Notes: generated by a model not told the origin, from the letters alone. Shown: positions 8,924-18,550, counted from the first letter of the stretch. The stretch: 64,000 nt of DNA from Faecousia sp. (GCA_045656945.1 JAZOSD010000079.1:2797-66796); one strand, 5' to 3'. Made by a program: numbers and translations.

Positions 8924-9680
8924 TCACCGTAAATGTTGTGCCAATGTTTTTGCCATCTAAAATAGCATACAGATTTGCCGGATCATTTCCGTTTGTAATA
9001 ACCATATCACAACCGCATCCTAAGCAAATTTTTGCGGCTTGAAGCTTTGTTACCATACCGCCGGTTCCTAATTTGCCACTTCCACCGGCTAAAGAAAGAA
9101 TTGTTTCATCAATAACTGTTGCCTTCTGGATCAGTTTGGCATCGGGATTTGTGTGGGGATCAGCTGTATAAAGGCCATCGATATCGGACAAAAGAATAAG
9201 CTTGTCAGCACCGATGCTTTCGGAAACAATGGCGGCAAGTGTATCATTATCGCCAATGCCGATCTCTTTTGTGGAGACAGTGTCATTTTCGTTAATGATT
9301 GGAATTACACCAAGCATCAGCAGCCGATTGATTGTGTTGCTGAAGTTTGAATGGCGATCATCATTTTCAACATCATCACCGGTAATCAGAAGCTGAGCGA
9401 CTGTGTGATTGTATTCACTGAACAATTTATCGTATGTATACATTAGCTCACATTGACCTACAGCAGCAGCAGCCTGTTTTGTGGGCATATCAGTCGGCCT
9501 TTCCTGCAGACCTAGCTTACCAACACCCATACCAATCGCACCGGAGGATACCAAAATTACTTCGTGTCCGCTGTTTTTAATGTCGCTGATTACTTTGCAC
9601 AATTCTTCAACACGACGGATGTTCAGGTGTCCTGTAGGATATGCCAATGTGCTGGTACCAATCTTAACCACAATGCGCAT
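8910..9680 (-). CDS. proB: Glutamate 5-kinase (no PUA domain)
   Basis: VVKIGTS, VSSGA, AAVGQ, PIINEND, GDND.LAA, GTGGM.TK. Confidence 0.95.
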   Translation of the reverse strand: MRIVVKIGTSTLAYPTGHLNIRRVEELCKVISDIKNSGHEVILVSSGAIGMGVGKLGLQERPTDMPTKQAAAAVGQCELMYTYDKLFSEYNHTVAQLLITGDDVENDDRHSNFSNTINRLLMLGVIPIINENDTVSTKEIGIGDNDTLAAIVSESIGADKLILLSDIDGLYTADPHTNPDAKLIQKATVIDETILSLAGGSGKLGTGGMVTKLQAAKICLGCGCDMVITNGNDPANLYAILDGKNIGTTFTVNEND

Positions 9681-9775
9681 AATGTACGCCTCCTCAAATA
9701 TATTTTTTCTATTATAACGCATTTGATGGAAGAAATAAAGACATATTACAGACTTATTTGGTAAAAATGTCATTA

Positions 9776-9809
9776 AAATAACACAGCAGTATAATCTACT
9801 GTGTTATTT
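9776..9809 (-). terminator. Intrinsic terminator after bsh
   Basis: AAATAACACAG / CTGTGTTATTT stem. Confidence 0.6.
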
Positions 9810-10778
9810 GTTGAGATAGCATATCTTTTGCGATTTGATAAGTGGATATGAGATGATATCCGCACCATTCAGATTTTCCTGGTGCATATCTACTGCTGTG
9901 ATCTGACTGTTTTCATAGGTTTTATAATAATAAATACCCAGATTCGTGTTACAACAGCTGGAATAAACCGTTTTTTCAAAGTGTTCACCTATGGGAACAC
10001 AACCTTCTTGTTGCGCAACTGCCTGAAGAATATGAAAAAATTGCGTAATACTATCGGATTCTGTATTTTTGCACACTGAATTAAATTTCGTATATGCTGC
10101 CCGGATAAATCGAGATGGTGACGACAGATCTCCGGGCAAACCAACAGCACCCAATCCACGACTAAAGGGCGTTAAACTCAGTTGTGGTGCAAAGTGATTG
10201 ATCGGTTCTTCCCGTGTCAGATGCAGATAATTTGTCAAATTATGAATATGATAATCAAAAGGTGGATTGTTTGTTAGTACACCTACCGGATTTTCGTGAA
10301 TTTTGATTCCTTCAATAAGCGGTTCTATGACTAAACAATGCGTAGAATCTGCCAATATCCAATGAAGAGGGGATTGCGGAAATTCCTCACTAAAAGGTAT
10401 ATCTGCTAAATTAAGCTGATTTAACAATCTAAATGCCTCATTAACCGTAGCACACTGACTTAAAATCCACGGGATAAACTCGAAGGGTGCAATATTATCT
10501 GCTTTTTCTTTACAAGGTTGATACACTGCATTTCCCGGGAAATTTAGTCCAGCCATACTCAAACCTTTTTCGTTTGTAGCATCATAATACAAAGGATAAT
10601 TGTCTGCGATGGTAGCCATTCCAATCAATGCGTAGTGCGCTTTTTGAATCGTTTGGTTACGAAAAGATAAGGGAAAATATCTTGGTGTTATTGTTACAGC
10701 TTCCTGATAATGATATTCAAGATCCAGATTTCTGCCGAAGTAGTGATCTTTTGTTTGAAAAGTAACAGCTGTGCACAT
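9804..10778 (-). CDS. bsh: Choloylglycine hydrolase (bile salt hydrolase/penicillin V acylase family)
   Basis: M-CTA N-terminal nucleophile Cys, GRNLD, DATNEKGL.MAGLNF, GVLTNNP, LPGD.SSPSRF; no signal peptide. Confidence 0.88.
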   Translation of the reverse strand: MCTAVTFQTKDHYFGRNLDLEYHYQEAVTITPRYFPLSFRNQTIQKAHYALIGMATIADNYPLYYDATNEKGLSMAGLNFPGNAVYQPCKEKADNIAPFEFIPWILSQCATVNEAFRLLNQLNLADIPFSEEFPQSPLHWILADSTHCLVIEPLIEGIKIHENPVGVLTNNPPFDYHIHNLTNYLHLTREEPINHFAPQLSLTPFSRGLGAVGLPGDLSSPSRFIRAAYTKFNSVCKNTESDSITQFFHILQAVAQQEGCVPIGEHFEKTVYSSCCNTNLGIYYYKTYENSQITAVDMHQENLNGADIISYPLIKSQKICYLNK

Positions 10779-10854
10779 AAAATTACTCCTATATAAAATT
10801 TTTCTTTTCATATATAGTTAATAATGATATAATACCCAGAAGGGAGGGAAAAAT

Positions 10855-11514
10855 ATGCTCACTTATGATGAAGTAATCAAAAATGAAGAAATAAAGATAT
10901 ATATCACACGTGCAGATGAATCGTTGGGCGCATTGGGTTATACAAAACATAGTTTCGACCACGTAATGCACGTTGCCCAAATGGCTGGATATATTTTAGA
11001 AACACTGGGCTATGATGATCGTACTGTTGAATTGGCAAAAATTGCAGGATATTTGCACGACATTGGGAATTTAGTAAACAGGAAAGAGCATTCCTTATCC
11101 GGTGCGGTAATGGTCTGGAGTGTTCTTCACGATATGGACTGTGATCCATCTGAGCTTGCTACTATTGTGACTGCAATCGGAAACCACGATGAGGGAAGTG
11201 GTGTTCCTGTAAACGCTGTTGCTGCAGCACTGATTTTAGCAGATAAGGCGGATGTGCGCTGGACTCGTGTGCGTAATACAGATATTTCTACATTTGACAT
11301 TCACGATCGTGTGAACTATTCGGTAAAGAAATCAGCGCTTAAGATCAATGATAACAAAACCCTTGTTATACTGGAATTGACCGTTGACACAAAGTTTGGT
11401 TCTGTTATGGATTATTTTGAAATCTTTTTGGAGCGAATGATCCTTTGCCGCAAGGCTGCAGAAAAGCTTGGTCTGCAATTCAAGCTGATCATCAACAATC
11501 AACAACTTATATAA
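10855..11514 (+). CDS. HD-domain phosphohydrolase
   Basis: H..H, YLHDIG, H...G, IGNHD, ILADK motifs. Confidence 0.85.
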   Translation: MLTYDEVIKNEEIKIYITRADESLGALGYTKHSFDHVMHVAQMAGYILETLGYDDRTVELAKIAGYLHDIGNLVNRKEHSLSGAVMVWSVLHDMDCDPSELATIVTAIGNHDEGSGVPVNAVAAALILADKADVRWTRVRNTDISTFDIHDRVNYSVKKSALKINDNKTLVILELTVDTKFGSVMDYFEIFLERMILCRKAAEKLGLQFKLIINNQQLI

Positions 11515-11552
11515 AATCCTGGCGAAGGATAGTAGTCCTTCGCCAGGATTTT
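11513..11552. terminator. Bidirectional intrinsic terminator
   Basis: AAAATCCTGGCGAAGGA / TCCTTCGCCAGGATTTT 17-bp stem between convergent genes. Confidence 0.85.
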
Positions 11553-11556
11553 TATA

Positions 11557-12663
11557 TTAGAGACCTAATGCTTCGTATACTTCATCACGAATAGGTGCGT
11601 AGAATCCCCGCATCATTAGCGGCCAACTGCGAATGTGTTGCATAAAGGAGAAAGACAGCTGATTGTCCGTGTCAACGATCAAGAATGCACCGTTGGCACC
11701 GTCCCAACCGAATTCGCCCAGAGGACTGCGTTGTCCCTGGCTCTTGTCGATCAAGGTACGCACACCCAATCCGTATCCGTAACCCGGACCGGTTGTACAG
11801 GAAAAATGAGGATCACGGACAAAAGTGCCAATCTGATTGGTGCGAAGTGCATCGATAGAAGCTTTTGTGAGAATTCGAGCACCGTTTGCACCAACACCAC
11901 CACAAGCCATTGCATCTGCAAACAGAGCGTAGTCATCCAATGTTGATACGAGACCTGCGCCACCACTTTCGTAACTTTTATTGAAATTATAGGGATGGTC
12001 ATTTCCAATATCGATCAATTCCGTCTCACTGGCGCATTTGTATTGTCCGGCAATAGGCGAAGCATTACGATTAAAGCTTGTGTTATTCATTCCCAGTGGT
12101 TCAAAGATGTTTTTTTGCAGGTATTCACCAAAACGAACACCGGAGGCTTCTTCCATAACAGAAGCCAGAACATCCAGGCAGATGCTGTATTTGAATTTAT
12201 CTCCGGGATGGAATAGCAAGGGGTTTTTACACATTTGTGCAGCCATTTGCCGGGTGGTGATCGTTTCCCGGTCACCGGTAAAATCTGTGCCAATGTTATA
12301 ATTTAACCCGGCACTCATTGTCAGCAGATGATGCACTGTGATAGGCTCACGGGGCGGCACCAGATTGCCGTTTTCATTCACCATAACCTGTCCGTATTCT
12401 GGAAGAAAATCAGAAACAGGCGCATCCAGAGAAAGAATGCCTTTTTCAAACATTTGCATTGCAGCGGCAACAGTAATCGGTTTTGTACAGGAAAAAATGT
12501 AAAAGTACTCTTCACCGTTCATTGGCACACGGGTCTCCCGGTCTCGAACACCGCAAATGTAGCGATAAATTTCTTTATGATTTTGCCGTATGGATATGGA
12601 ACAACCGGGAACGCCCAGTTCCAGCAGGGCATCCATTCTTTTTTGTACGCAAGATAGATCCAT
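11557..12663 (-). CDS. Serine hydrolase, beta-lactamase/class C esterase family
   Basis: IFSCTK (SxxK), LLTMSAGL, F.PG..F.YS, GGAGL.ST, FGWDGA.G. Confidence 0.88.
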   Translation of the reverse strand: MDLSCVQKRMDALLELGVPGCSISIRQNHKEIYRYICGVRDRETRVPMNGEEYFYIFSCTKPITVAAAMQMFEKGILSLDAPVSDFLPEYGQVMVNENGNLVPPREPITVHHLLTMSAGLNYNIGTDFTGDRETITTRQMAAQMCKNPLLFHPGDKFKYSICLDVLASVMEEASGVRFGEYLQKNIFEPLGMNNTSFNRNASPIAGQYKCASETELIDIGNDHPYNFNKSYESGGAGLVSTLDDYALFADAMACGGVGANGARILTKASIDALRTNQIGTFVRDPHFSCTTGPGYGYGLGVRTLIDKSQGQRSPLGEFGWDGANGAFLIVDTDNQLSFSFMQHIRSWPLMMRGFYAPIRDEVYEALGL

Positions 12664-12680
12664 TGATTATAGTCCTCCGT

Positions 12681-14489
12681 TTATGATATAGTATCGAACT
12701 GTGACTGATATAGTTTTTTGTAAAAGCCGTTTGCTGCCATTAGCTTGTCGTGGCTGCCTTGTTCAATAACATTTCCGTCACGCATAACCAAAATATTATC
12801 TGCGGATCGGATCGTTGACAGACGGTGGGCAATAACAAAGCAGGTCTTACCCTCCATAAGCTTTCGCATTGCAGCTTGGATTTTTTGTTCTGTTCTTGTA
12901 TCAACGTTTGATGTTGCTTCGTCCAAAATGAGCATTTGCGCATCTAAAAGCATTGCTCTGGCGATGGTAAGAAGCTGTTTTTGACCCTTTGAAATGGAAG
13001 TGCCATTATCCGTTAATACAGTATCATAGCCTTCCGGCAGGCGGGAGATATAGCTGTGAATATGGGCTGCTTTACAAACACGAATAACATCATCCAATGT
13101 GGCGTCCGGTTTACCGTAGGCAATGTTCTCGAAAATAGTTCCGTGGAAAAGCCAAGTGTCCTGCAAAACCATCGTATATGCTTTTCTCAGGCTTTCTCGG
13201 GTGACGGAACGAATTTCTTTACCATCTATCAAAATTTTACCGCTATCAACATCGTAAAAACGCATCAAAAGGTTAATGACGGTTGTTTTACCTGCGCCTG
13301 TGGGTCCAACAATAGCGGTTAGGGAACCGGGTTTGGCGTGCAGAGAAAAATCCTTGATAATTTGTTTTCCGGGAACATAGGAAAAATTAATGTTCTCCAG
13401 CTTCACATCTCCGTTGACTTTTGTCAGAATAACAGAATCTGGTGCATCGGCAAGCTCTGGTTCGGCGTCAATCAGGAAAAATACGCGTTCAGAAGCGGCA
13501 AAAGCACTTTGCAACTCTGAAATGATGTTGGCAAACTCATTGATAGGTCCGGAGAACTTTCTGGAATACTGAACAAAACTGGATAGATCACCCAGACCAA
13601 TTTGACCGGCAAGAAACAGAAGAGAACCAAAAATACAGACAAAGGCCAAGGATATATTGTTTATGGAATTGATCAGCGGTCCGCTGATTGAGCCGTTGGC
13701 CTCGGCTTTGATATACGCATTTACTGCCTCTTGATTCTTTTTGTCGAAGTCTTTCTGAACAGCATTTTCACGACCGTAAGCTCGAATCGTTTTTTGACCG
13801 GAAAGCATTTCTTCCACAAATCCGTTTAATTTACCAAGCTTTGCGCTGCGATTTCTAAACAGCGGTCGGACGATTCCGGTGATCCATTTTGTGACAAAGA
13901 AGGTGATGGGAATCATCACCAGGAAGATAAGGACCAGTTTTGGTGCTATAGAGAGCATCATAAACAGGGATACGATGACAGTAACGATACTGTTAAGAAT
14001 TTGAATCAGGTCTGTAGATAGGGACTGATTGACCGTGTCCACATCATAAGTAATGATACTGATCAAATCGCCGGTTTGATAACCATCAAAGAAACGAACA
14101 GGCAGGCGGCTCATATTTTCAAATATATCGTGGCGCATTTGTTTAGAAACTCTGCGGGAGAGCCGGATCATTACAAAATTCAGAAAATAGGTAAGACTTG
14201 CAGAGAGCAGATAGCAAAGTGCCATTTGCCATACACAGCCAATGACTGTGTCCAAATCAACTGAACCGGATTTCAGGTCTATTGCATTAATTGCAACACC
14301 GGAGAGTTTAGGTCCATATAGACCTAAAACGCTGGAAGTGATTGACAGAAGAATGGCAAACACAATCAGCATTCGCTGGCGTCCTAAATATTGCCAAAGC
14401 CGTTTCAGAAGCACACTGCGGGGGAGGTGGGTAGTGCGGTCACGCATATTTACAGAGTGACGATCACCAATCATATTCGGATTTCTCAT
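12681..14489 (-). CDS. ABC exporter subunit (TMD-NBD, consensus Walker B)
   Basis: TM helices; GPTGAGKT, ISKGQKQ, LILDEATS, IAHRLS. Confidence 0.92.
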   Translation of the reverse strand: MRNPNMIGDRHSVNMRDRTTHLPRSVLLKRLWQYLGRQRMLIVFAILLSITSSVLGLYGPKLSGVAINAIDLKSGSVDLDTVIGCVWQMALCYLLSASLTYFLNFVMIRLSRRVSKQMRHDIFENMSRLPVRFFDGYQTGDLISIITYDVDTVNQSLSTDLIQILNSIVTVIVSLFMMLSIAPKLVLIFLVMIPITFFVTKWITGIVRPLFRNRSAKLGKLNGFVEEMLSGQKTIRAYGRENAVQKDFDKKNQEAVNAYIKAEANGSISGPLINSINNISLAFVCIFGSLLFLAGQIGLGDLSSFVQYSRKFSGPINEFANIISELQSAFAASERVFFLIDAEPELADAPDSVILTKVNGDVKLENINFSYVPGKQIIKDFSLHAKPGSLTAIVGPTGAGKTTVINLLMRFYDVDSGKILIDGKEIRSVTRESLRKAYTMVLQDTWLFHGTIFENIAYGKPDATLDDVIRVCKAAHIHSYISRLPEGYDTVLTDNGTSISKGQKQLLTIARAMLLDAQMLILDEATSNVDTRTEQKIQAAMRKLMEGKTCFVIAHRLSTIRSADNILVMRDGNVIEQGSHDKLMAANGFYKKLYQSQFDTIS

Positions 14490-16207
14490 ACACGCACCTC
14501 CTGGGCACCCATCTGCGTTTGGGCAATAATGCGATATTCTTCACAGGAGTTAATCAGATCACTGTGTGTACCGCACCCAATTACTTGTCCATCAGAGAGT
14601 ACTAAGATCAGATCTGCGTGGCGCAGGGAGCTTACGCGCTGTGCAACTAAAATGGTTGTGGTATCATAGTAGTTTTCCCGCAAAGCTTTTCGAAGGTGTG
14701 CATCTGTTTGATAATCCAGAGCAGAAGATGCGTCGTCCAAAATCAGAATTTCTGGGTCGCCTGCCAGCGCTCTGGCAATCAGCAGCCGTTGCTTTTGACC
14801 ACCGGAAAGATTGTTTCCGCGAATAGAAACATCGGAAGCAAGACCGTTTTCTTTCTCAGCCAGAATGCTATCAGCTTGGGCATGGTTTGCCGCAAGAATA
14901 AGCCTGTCATCCGTTATTTCACGGAAAAAGCGGATGTTGTGTGCGATATCGCCCTCGGCTATGAAGTCGTTTTGAAATACAACTCCGAACATATTTGTAA
15001 GCTGCTCAGGCGGGATTACACGAATATCCTGACCGTTAATGAGAATTTGCCCTTCGTCCACATCGTAAAGTCGCATCAGTAAATTTAAGATTGTGCTTTT
15101 TCCAGAGCCGGTTGAGCCCAGGATGCCCAGTGTTTGACCTTTTTCCAGGCGGAAACTTAAATTACTTAGATTGTTACCCCTGCCAGTATAGGAAAAGGAA
15201 ACATCCCGAAATTCAATATGAGCAGGATTTTTCTCTACAAGACCAATATCTGCAAGTGCTTGGTCTTCTGGCAGATCAAGAACATCTGCAACACGCTGAG
15301 CACTGGCTTCTGCCTTAGACCACATAACAAAAATGCGTGTCACACCCATCATTGCATTCAAAATTAAAGTGAAGTATTGCAGAAATGCAACAATAACAGA
15401 AGGCTCTGTGTATCCATCTCTAACACGAATTGCACCCATTAAAACCACGATTGTCAAGCCTAAATTCAGCACAAGGGAGGATGCTGGCATTGTTATGGCA
15501 GTAATCGTTCCTGCCTTTTCTCCAACATCATTAAGCTCGGAGTTGACTATATTAAAACGCTTCTTTTCGTGCTCAGTTTTACTGAGTGCTTTAATAACAC
15601 GAACACCGGTAATATTTTCTTGAACGGTACGGACGACTCGGTCAAGTATAGATTGCTGCTTTCTGTATAAGGGGATGCTGTGTTTCGTAACAAAATAAGT
15701 AATCAGTGCAATAATAGGAAGCAATGCAATAGGAATCAACGCAAGGCCTGCATCGATCATCAGCATCATTGCAATTCCGCCAACCAGAAGGATTGGAGCA
15801 CGAACGCCCATACGCTGAATTCTTGCAAGCATTTGGTTGATGTTATATGTATCACTTGTCAAGCGTGATTCTGCTGATGAAACAGTGATAGAATCCATCT
15901 GTCGTGCAGAAAGGTGCATAATTTTGCTGAAAAGATCGTGTCGGATGTTGTTTGTGATGTTTCCGGCTGATACTGCACTCATTCTGTTTGCCAGAATGTT
16001 GAAACTTAGACCAAATATAGCGCATACAATCATTAGACCGCCATAAAGATACACTTTTGAGGCATCGCCTGATTCTGCTCCTTTTGAAAGAATGAATTCC
16101 ATCAGGTAGGGGATGATTAAATCTGCAGATGATGCCACGATTTTAATAAAAAAAGTAAGCAGAATATATCCGGTAAAGGGTTTGATATATGGAAATATCT
16201 TTCGCAA
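14486..16207 (-). CDS. ABC exporter subunit (TMD-NBD, degenerate Walker B)
   Basis: GSTGSGKS, LSGGQKQ, LILDDASS (E to D), AQRVSS (H to Q): TM287/288-type heterodimer partner. Confidence 0.92.
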   Translation of the reverse strand: MRKIFPYIKPFTGYILLTFFIKIVASSADLIIPYLMEFILSKGAESGDASKVYLYGGLMIVCAIFGLSFNILANRMSAVSAGNITNNIRHDLFSKIMHLSARQMDSITVSSAESRLTSDTYNINQMLARIQRMGVRAPILLVGGIAMMLMIDAGLALIPIALLPIIALITYFVTKHSIPLYRKQQSILDRVVRTVQENITGVRVIKALSKTEHEKKRFNIVNSELNDVGEKAGTITAITMPASSLVLNLGLTIVVLMGAIRVRDGYTEPSVIVAFLQYFTLILNAMMGVTRIFVMWSKAEASAQRVADVLDLPEDQALADIGLVEKNPAHIEFRDVSFSYTGRGNNLSNLSFRLEKGQTLGILGSTGSGKSTILNLLMRLYDVDEGQILINGQDIRVIPPEQLTNMFGVVFQNDFIAEGDIAHNIRFFREITDDRLILAANHAQADSILAEKENGLASDVSIRGNNLSGGQKQRLLIARALAGDPEILILDDASSALDYQTDAHLRKALRENYYDTTTILVAQRVSSLRHADLILVLSDGQVIGCGTHSDLINSCEEYRIIAQTQMGAQEVRV

Positions 16208-16302
16208 ACCTAATCCTCCTCTCGAAGTTGAGTTTTAATAAAATTATTTAATTATTATATCAAATAGAATAATTTGTGTAAAGTGTTTCTCAATAAGAAA
16301 GC

Positions 16303-16339
16303 AAAAAAAACCTCCGGCAATCGTACCGGAGGATCTTTT
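16303..16339 (-). terminator. Intrinsic terminator after CDF gene
   Basis: CCTCCGG/CCGGAGG stem preceded by A8. Confidence 0.7.
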
Positions 16340-17231
16340 AATGATGATGGTGGTGATGATACTCTGAATGTTTGCAGATTTCTATATTGCATTCCATTTC
16401 ATCACAGTGTTCAGTTTCCGATTCTAATTCCAGGGTAATATGCCCAATTCCGTGCTCTTTTAGATCTTGCCGAATGGTGTTCTTCACGAGCTGGTAATCA
16501 GCGTTTGTTACAATATGCATAGTAGCACAGTTTGTTCTGCCATCAATGCTCCAAATGTGAATATGATGCGCATCAATGACCCCGTCTATGTGTAAAATAT
16601 GTTTTTTAATTTCTTGGACACTGATGTTATGAGGCGTTTTTTCCAGAAATAGATCAAGAACCTCTTTCAGATTTTGAATGGCACTCCAAAGGATAAAGAA
16701 AGCAACGCTGATGGACATAATTGGATCGATTAAAGTAAAATCAGTAAAACGCATTACAGTGGCTCCGGCTAATACAACAATCCATCCCAGAACATCTTCC
16801 AGCATGTGCAGGTTAACCGCTTTTTGATTTAATGAATCACCGTTTTGTGTGAAAAATGCAGCGGTAAGATTGACACAAACACCTATAATTGCAAAGATGA
16901 TCATACCGTTATAATTGATCTGTGTGGGTAAGATGATTCTTCTGATCGCATTATATATAACCATTACAGAACCGAGCAATAGGATCAGTGTCGTTATGAG
17001 ACTACCGATAACGGAATATCGTGAATATCCGTAGGTATATATCTCATCTGGTTTCTTTTGACTTTTCTTCTCTAGAAAATATGAAATTCCGATACTGGCA
17101 GCGTCGCCAATATCGTGCACAGCGTCTGAAATAATGGCAATACTTCCGGTGAGTAAGCCACCTAAAAATTCGAAGATGGAAAATGAGAGGTTTAGAATAA
17201 AGGCAATGAGTATATTGCGTTCTGTTTTCAT
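16338..17231 (-). CDS. Cation diffusion facilitator (CzcD/ZitB-like) with His-rich tail
   Basis: SDAVHD, TYGY.R, NLHMLED, HIWSIDG, H.TLELE; ends HSEYHHHHHH. Confidence 0.92.
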   Translation of the reverse strand: MKTERNILIAFILNLSFSIFEFLGGLLTGSIAIISDAVHDIGDAASIGISYFLEKKSQKKPDEIYTYGYSRYSVIGSLITTLILLLGSVMVIYNAIRRIILPTQINYNGMIIFAIIGVCVNLTAAFFTQNGDSLNQKAVNLHMLEDVLGWIVVLAGATVMRFTDFTLIDPIMSISVAFFILWSAIQNLKEVLDLFLEKTPHNISVQEIKKHILHIDGVIDAHHIHIWSIDGRTNCATMHIVTNADYQLVKNTIRQDLKEHGIGHITLELESETEHCDEMECNIEICKHSEYHHHHHH

Positions 17232-17270
17232 AGTTTCCTCCTGTTGACTTTTATGATACAATAAGTAAAA

Positions 17271-17291
17271 TACCGTACAGTCTGTACGGTA
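17271..17291. promoter_or_regulatory. Perfect 10-bp inverted repeat, candidate operator
   Basis: TACCGTACAG-T-CTGTACGGTA between divergent CDF and TetR genes. Confidence 0.5.
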
Positions 17292-17335
17292 ATATTATAG
17301 GATTATATTAGCAGTATCAATATATGATTATTTCC

Positions 17336-17357
17336 TATTGTTCGTTACTGAACAATA
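17336..17357. promoter_or_regulatory. 8-bp inverted repeat, candidate TetR operator
   Basis: TATTGTTC-N6-GAACAATA about 25 nt upstream of the TetR start. Confidence 0.45.
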
Positions 17358-17382
17358 ATAAAAAAATGTATGGAGAAGAAAT

Positions 17383-17934
17383 ATGGACAGACGACAAAGA
17401 AAAACAAGGGAAGCAATCTTTAGTGCCTTTACAAAGATGCTCTCTGTAAAGAAATTCAGCCAGATTACGGTTGGCGACATTATCGAACTTGCCGATATTG
17501 GAAGGGCAACATTTTATGCGCACTTTGAAACAAAAGAGTATCTATTGAAAGAATTTTGTCAGGAATTGTTTTGCCACATATTTGATGCACGAAATGAGGA
17601 GCAAAACGGACATAAACATATTTTTTACTGTGAAAGTACGGATGATGCCATTTTACATTTATTTCGGCATTTACAGAAAAATGATAATAATATTCTTTTG
17701 CTGCTATCATCCCAAAATAATGAATTGTTTTTGAGCTATTTCCGAATGAACCTGGGAGAACTTATTGAGGATCAATATTTTGTATTTCAAGAGCGCAGAC
17801 CCCTGGTAGTTCCAGAATCCTTTTGGAAAAATCATATAATATCTACATTGACAGAAACGCTGAAATGGTGGATTTCAAATGGGATGAAGGAAAGTCCTGA
17901 GCTGATAGTGGATTACTTTTTTCAGGTTATATAG
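17383..17934 (+). CDS. TetR/AcrR family regulator
   Basis: MDRRQRKTR.AI..AF..L..K.F..ITV.DI...ADIGR.TFY.HF.TK HTH. Confidence 0.92.
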   Translation: MDRRQRKTREAIFSAFTKMLSVKKFSQITVGDIIELADIGRATFYAHFETKEYLLKEFCQELFCHIFDARNEEQNGHKHIFYCESTDDAILHLFRHLQKNDNNILLLLSSQNNELFLSYFRMNLGELIEDQYFVFQERRPLVVPESFWKNHIISTLTETLKWWISNGMKESPELIVDYFFQVI

Positions 17935-17980
17935 TGCTGGTCGCAGCGTCTAAGAGACCTCGGGCTCTCATTTACAACCA

Positions 17981-18017
17981 AGAAAACGGCAACCGCTAAA
18001 AGCAGTTGCCGTTTTCT
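17981..18017. terminator. Bidirectional hairpin after tetR
   Basis: AGAAAACGGCAAC / GTTGCCGTTTTCT stem. Confidence 0.7.
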
Positions 18018-18043
18018 TTATTCAAATCCCACCATCCTTCAAC

Positions 18044-18081
18044 AGAAAAGAGAGGATTACATACGCAATCCTCTCTTTTCT
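18044..18081 (-). terminator. Terminator of tRNA-Pro(CGG)
   Basis: AGAAAAGAGAGGATT / AATCCTCTCTTTTCT stem directly after the CCA end. Confidence 0.75.
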
Positions 18082-18083
18082 AT

Positions 18084-18160
18084 TGGTCGGAGTGTCGGGA
18101 TTCGAACCCGAGGCCTCTTGGACCCGAACCAAGCGCGATACCAAACTTCGCCACACCCCG
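18084..18160 (-). tRNA. tRNA-Pro(CGG)
   Basis: 77 nt cloverleaf; anticodon arm CTTGG-TTCGGGT-CCAAG; GTTCGAATC T-loop; encoded CCA. Confidence 0.95.
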
Positions 18161-18171
18161 ATAACTTTGAC

Positions 18172-18200
18172 ATTATATTGAAAAAAAGTATACTTGTCAA
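18172..18200 (-). promoter_or_regulatory. sigmaA promoter of tRNA-Pro(CGG)
   Basis: Perfect TTGACA-N17-TATAAT. Confidence 0.85.
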
Positions 18201-18225
18201 GTACCTCCTAAGCTTTTTCTGTCCG

Positions 18226-18253
18226 GCATTTTTTTGATACTTGTCCATATACT
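18226..18253 (+). promoter_or_regulatory. Candidate sigmaE promoter for the spoIVFB-like operon
   Basis: GCATTTT-N13-CATATACT upstream of the GGAGG RBS. Confidence 0.4.
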
Positions 18254-18271
18254 TGTTCCGGAGGGATTGCT

Positions 18272-18550
18272 ATGAGTTATCGTGTGGAATATAATCCTGA
18301 GAAACATAATAAGTACCCAATACCGACACAAAAAAAGCCGAAATGGATATTTGTTGCTCTGGTTGTTTTCGTTGCTATATTTACTTTGCAAAAATCGGAA
18401 AAGCTACAAAGCGTGAGAAGTTGGTTGATTCCCGGAAATCCGGAAATTACTGCAGCTGCATTTTCAACTATGGTTGATCAAGTGCGGTCAGGAGAACCTG
18501 TTAGGGAAGCTGTCACAACTTTTTGCCAGGAGATCATAGACAATGGATAG
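18272..18550 (+). CDS. Small single-TM hypothetical protein
   Basis: 92 aa, GGAGG RBS, TM WIFVALVVFVAIFTL, overlaps next gene. Confidence 0.7.
   Translation: MSYRVEYNPEKHNKYPIPTQKKPKWIFVALVVFVAIFTLQKSEKLQSVRSWLIPGNPEITAAAFSTMVDQVRSGEPVREAVTTFCQEIIDNG

Noticed and set aside
9681-9775. T-box upstream of proBAC
   Set aside because: No GGTGGNACC motif and the leader is too short.
16338-16360. His6 tail as a cloning tag or artefact
   Set aside because: Mixed CAT/CAC codons in a natural reading frame; His-rich tails are normal in CDF transporters.
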